A stretch of DNA of 64,000 nucleotides from assembly GCA_963845515.1 (NCBI GenBank), contig CAWJSR010000055.1:128001-192000 (forward strand), written 5' to 3'. The notes beneath the pieces are model-generated. The model was not told the DNA's origin. It saw only the letters and a program-made list of their open reading frames with translations, and searched no databases. The position numbers and the translations under genes are program-made. The DNA is from an uncultured delta proteobacterium. GTDB taxonomy: Bacteria > Myxococcota > Myxococcia > Myxococcales > Anaeromyxobacteraceae. Shown one piece after another: positions 62,082 through 64,000 of this stretch. How positions within the stretch are numbered: the first letter of the stretch is position 1; every line of letters starts with the position of its first letter.

Positions 62082-64000
62082 TCAGGCTGCCGCCGCCATG
62101 GCGCTCTTCGCCATGCCGGCCAGTACCGCCACGTCGAGAATCAGCGCCACGTGGCCGTCGCCCATGATGGTGGCGCCGGAAACGCCAGGCACCTTGCGAT
62201 AATTGGCTTCCAGGCTCTTGATCACGACCTGCTGCTGGCCGACCAGGGCGTCGACGAACAGCGCGGCCTTGGTCGCCGTCCGCTTCGAGGATGACCATGA
62301 TGCCGTCGCTCCAGCGCCGTCACGGCGCCGGGTATGCCGAACAACTCGTGCAGGGCGATCACCGGCAGGTATTCGCCGCGCACCTGAACAACAGGCGCTT
62401 GACGCCGGAAATGCTCTTGATCATGCCCGGTTCGGCCTGCAGCGATTCGATCACGTAGCCCAGCGGCATGATGTAGGTTTCGCTGGCCGACCGCGACCGA
62501 CATGCCGTCGAGAATCGCCAGCGTCAGCGGCAGCCGGACGGTCATGCGCGTGCCGATGCCGGTCATCGACTCGATCTCGACGCGACCGCCCATGGCGTTG
62601 ATGTTGCGTCTTCACCACGTCCATGCCGACGCCGCGGCCGGACACCTCGGTGACCTGCTCGGCGGTCGAGAAACCGGCCTCGAAGATCAGCTGCCAGACT
62701 TCCTGGTCGGTCATCTGGTCATGCACCTGGAGGCCGCGCTCCCTGGCCTTGGCGAGAATCTTGCTGCGCGGTTCAGGCCGGCGCCGTCGTCGCCGACCTC
62801 GATGACGATGTTGCCGCTCTGGTGGTAGGCGCGCAGCGTGATGGTGCCGACCGGCTGCTTGCCCTTCTCGGCCCGCGCGTCGGGCATTTCGATGCCGTGG
62901 TCGAGGCTGTTGCGCACCAGGTGGGTGAGCGGATCGGTGATGCGCTCGATCAGGCCCTTGTCGAGTTCGGTGCTCTCGCCGACCAGCTTGAGCTCGACCT
63001 GCTTGCCCAGCTTCTGCGAAAGGTCGCGCACCACGCGCGGGAAGCGCGAGAACACCACGGATATCGGCATCATGCGGATCGACATCACCGATTCCTGCAG
63101 ATCGCGCGTAGTTGCGCTCCAGTTGCGTCAGGCCGTTGTGCAGGCGTTCGAATGCGACTGGGTCGACTGCCGCTGGCCGACTGCGCCAGCATGGCCTGGG
63201 TGATCACCAGTTCGCCGACCAGATTGATCAGTTGATCGACCTTGTCGACGCCGACGCGGATGGTGGCCTCGCCGCCAGCTGCCTTGCCCGCCGGCTTGGC
63301 CGCCACCTCGCGCTTTTCCGCCGGCGCGTCGGCAGCGGGCTTCGCCACCGCCGGGGCGACCGGCACGTCCGCGGCGACCGGAACCGGCACCTCCACGAAC
63401 AACCCGAAGCCATCGCCCTCGAGGGCAACCGATGCCGAGGCGGCATCGGCTGTCATGACCGCGGTCGCCGGCGCCGGAACATCGGCAAAGAAGCCGTAAC
63501 TGCCGTCGCCCGCGTCCGCCGGGACCGCCGGAGAAGGCTCCGATGCCGGCATCTCGTCGAAAAGTCCGTACGCCTCGCCCCCTTGATCGCGCCCTTGATC
63601 GCCAGACGATGCGCTCGGCGCCACATCGGCGAATAGTCCGTAGGCTTCCTCGACAGCGGGCGGCGTCGCTTCGTCCGAGAACAGCCCGTAGGCATCCTCG
63701 GTCGCATCGGCCGCGAGGCCGCCGCCGAGCGGCAGAATTCTGATGCTGTCGCTGCGCGCGACGAACTCGAGCATGCCGCGCAACGCTTCACCATCCGCCT
63801 CGCCAAGCAGTTCCACCCGATAGGGCTGCCCTTCGGTGTCCGGCGCGGCAAGCAGCCGGACGCCGCCGAAGTCGGCCAACTCCCCGAGCACGCTGTCGCA
63901 CATCGCCCGAGTAACTTCCGGGGCGCCTTCCAGGACAAACTGAATCTCGCAACCCATGACAGGCGTCGGCACAGGCACCGCCCCGGTTCCTGGAGAAGGC
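62082..64000 (-). CDS. cheA: Chemotaxis histidine kinase CheA (5' end beyond the window; multiple frameshifts)
   Basis: [83 protein letters not shown]. Confidence 0.92.

Noticed and set aside
52481..64000. Horizontally acquired chemotaxis island
   Set aside because: There are no mobility genes or att/TSD signatures and both junction genes are broken mid-frame; an assembly chimera is the simpler explanation.

Overview
The window has two parts of apparently different origin. Bases 1 to ~52,480 are very GC-rich and their gene content looks like an Anaeromyxobacter-type (Myxococcota) anaerobe; this taxonomy is my inference. This part holds: a large secreted multiheme cytochrome with a B12/radical-SAM neighbour; a toxin-antitoxin hot spot (MNT-HEPN, a HEPN remnant, VapBC, HicAB) bracketed by REP-like hairpins; a ~14.5 kb co-oriented redox/regulatory cluster (8,860-23,346); and ordinary housekeeping genes (purU, terC, RND pump, pgm, EF-G paralog, fumarase, pepD, aguBA). 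The redox cluster is the best candidate for an undescribed system. It encodes an HybA/HybB (HmcB/C)-like quinone module with no catalytic subunit, two membrane-anchored GcvH-like proteins lacking the lipoyl lysine, triheme and nonaheme cytochromes c, a cytochrome b, two unannotated microproteins, and two heme-c-motif sensor kinase systems each linked to a zinc metalloprotease. At ~52,481 a lipase-like gene and a cheV gene collide and both are truncated. From there to the end is a less GC-rich, betaproteobacterial (Rhodocyclales-like) chemotaxis operon, most likely a chimeric join. Many genes carry isolated 1-bp frameshifts consistent with long-read or low-coverage errors. I saw no rRNA, tRNA, CRISPR array or transposase. 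All family calls come from motif recognition by eye; no database search was run.
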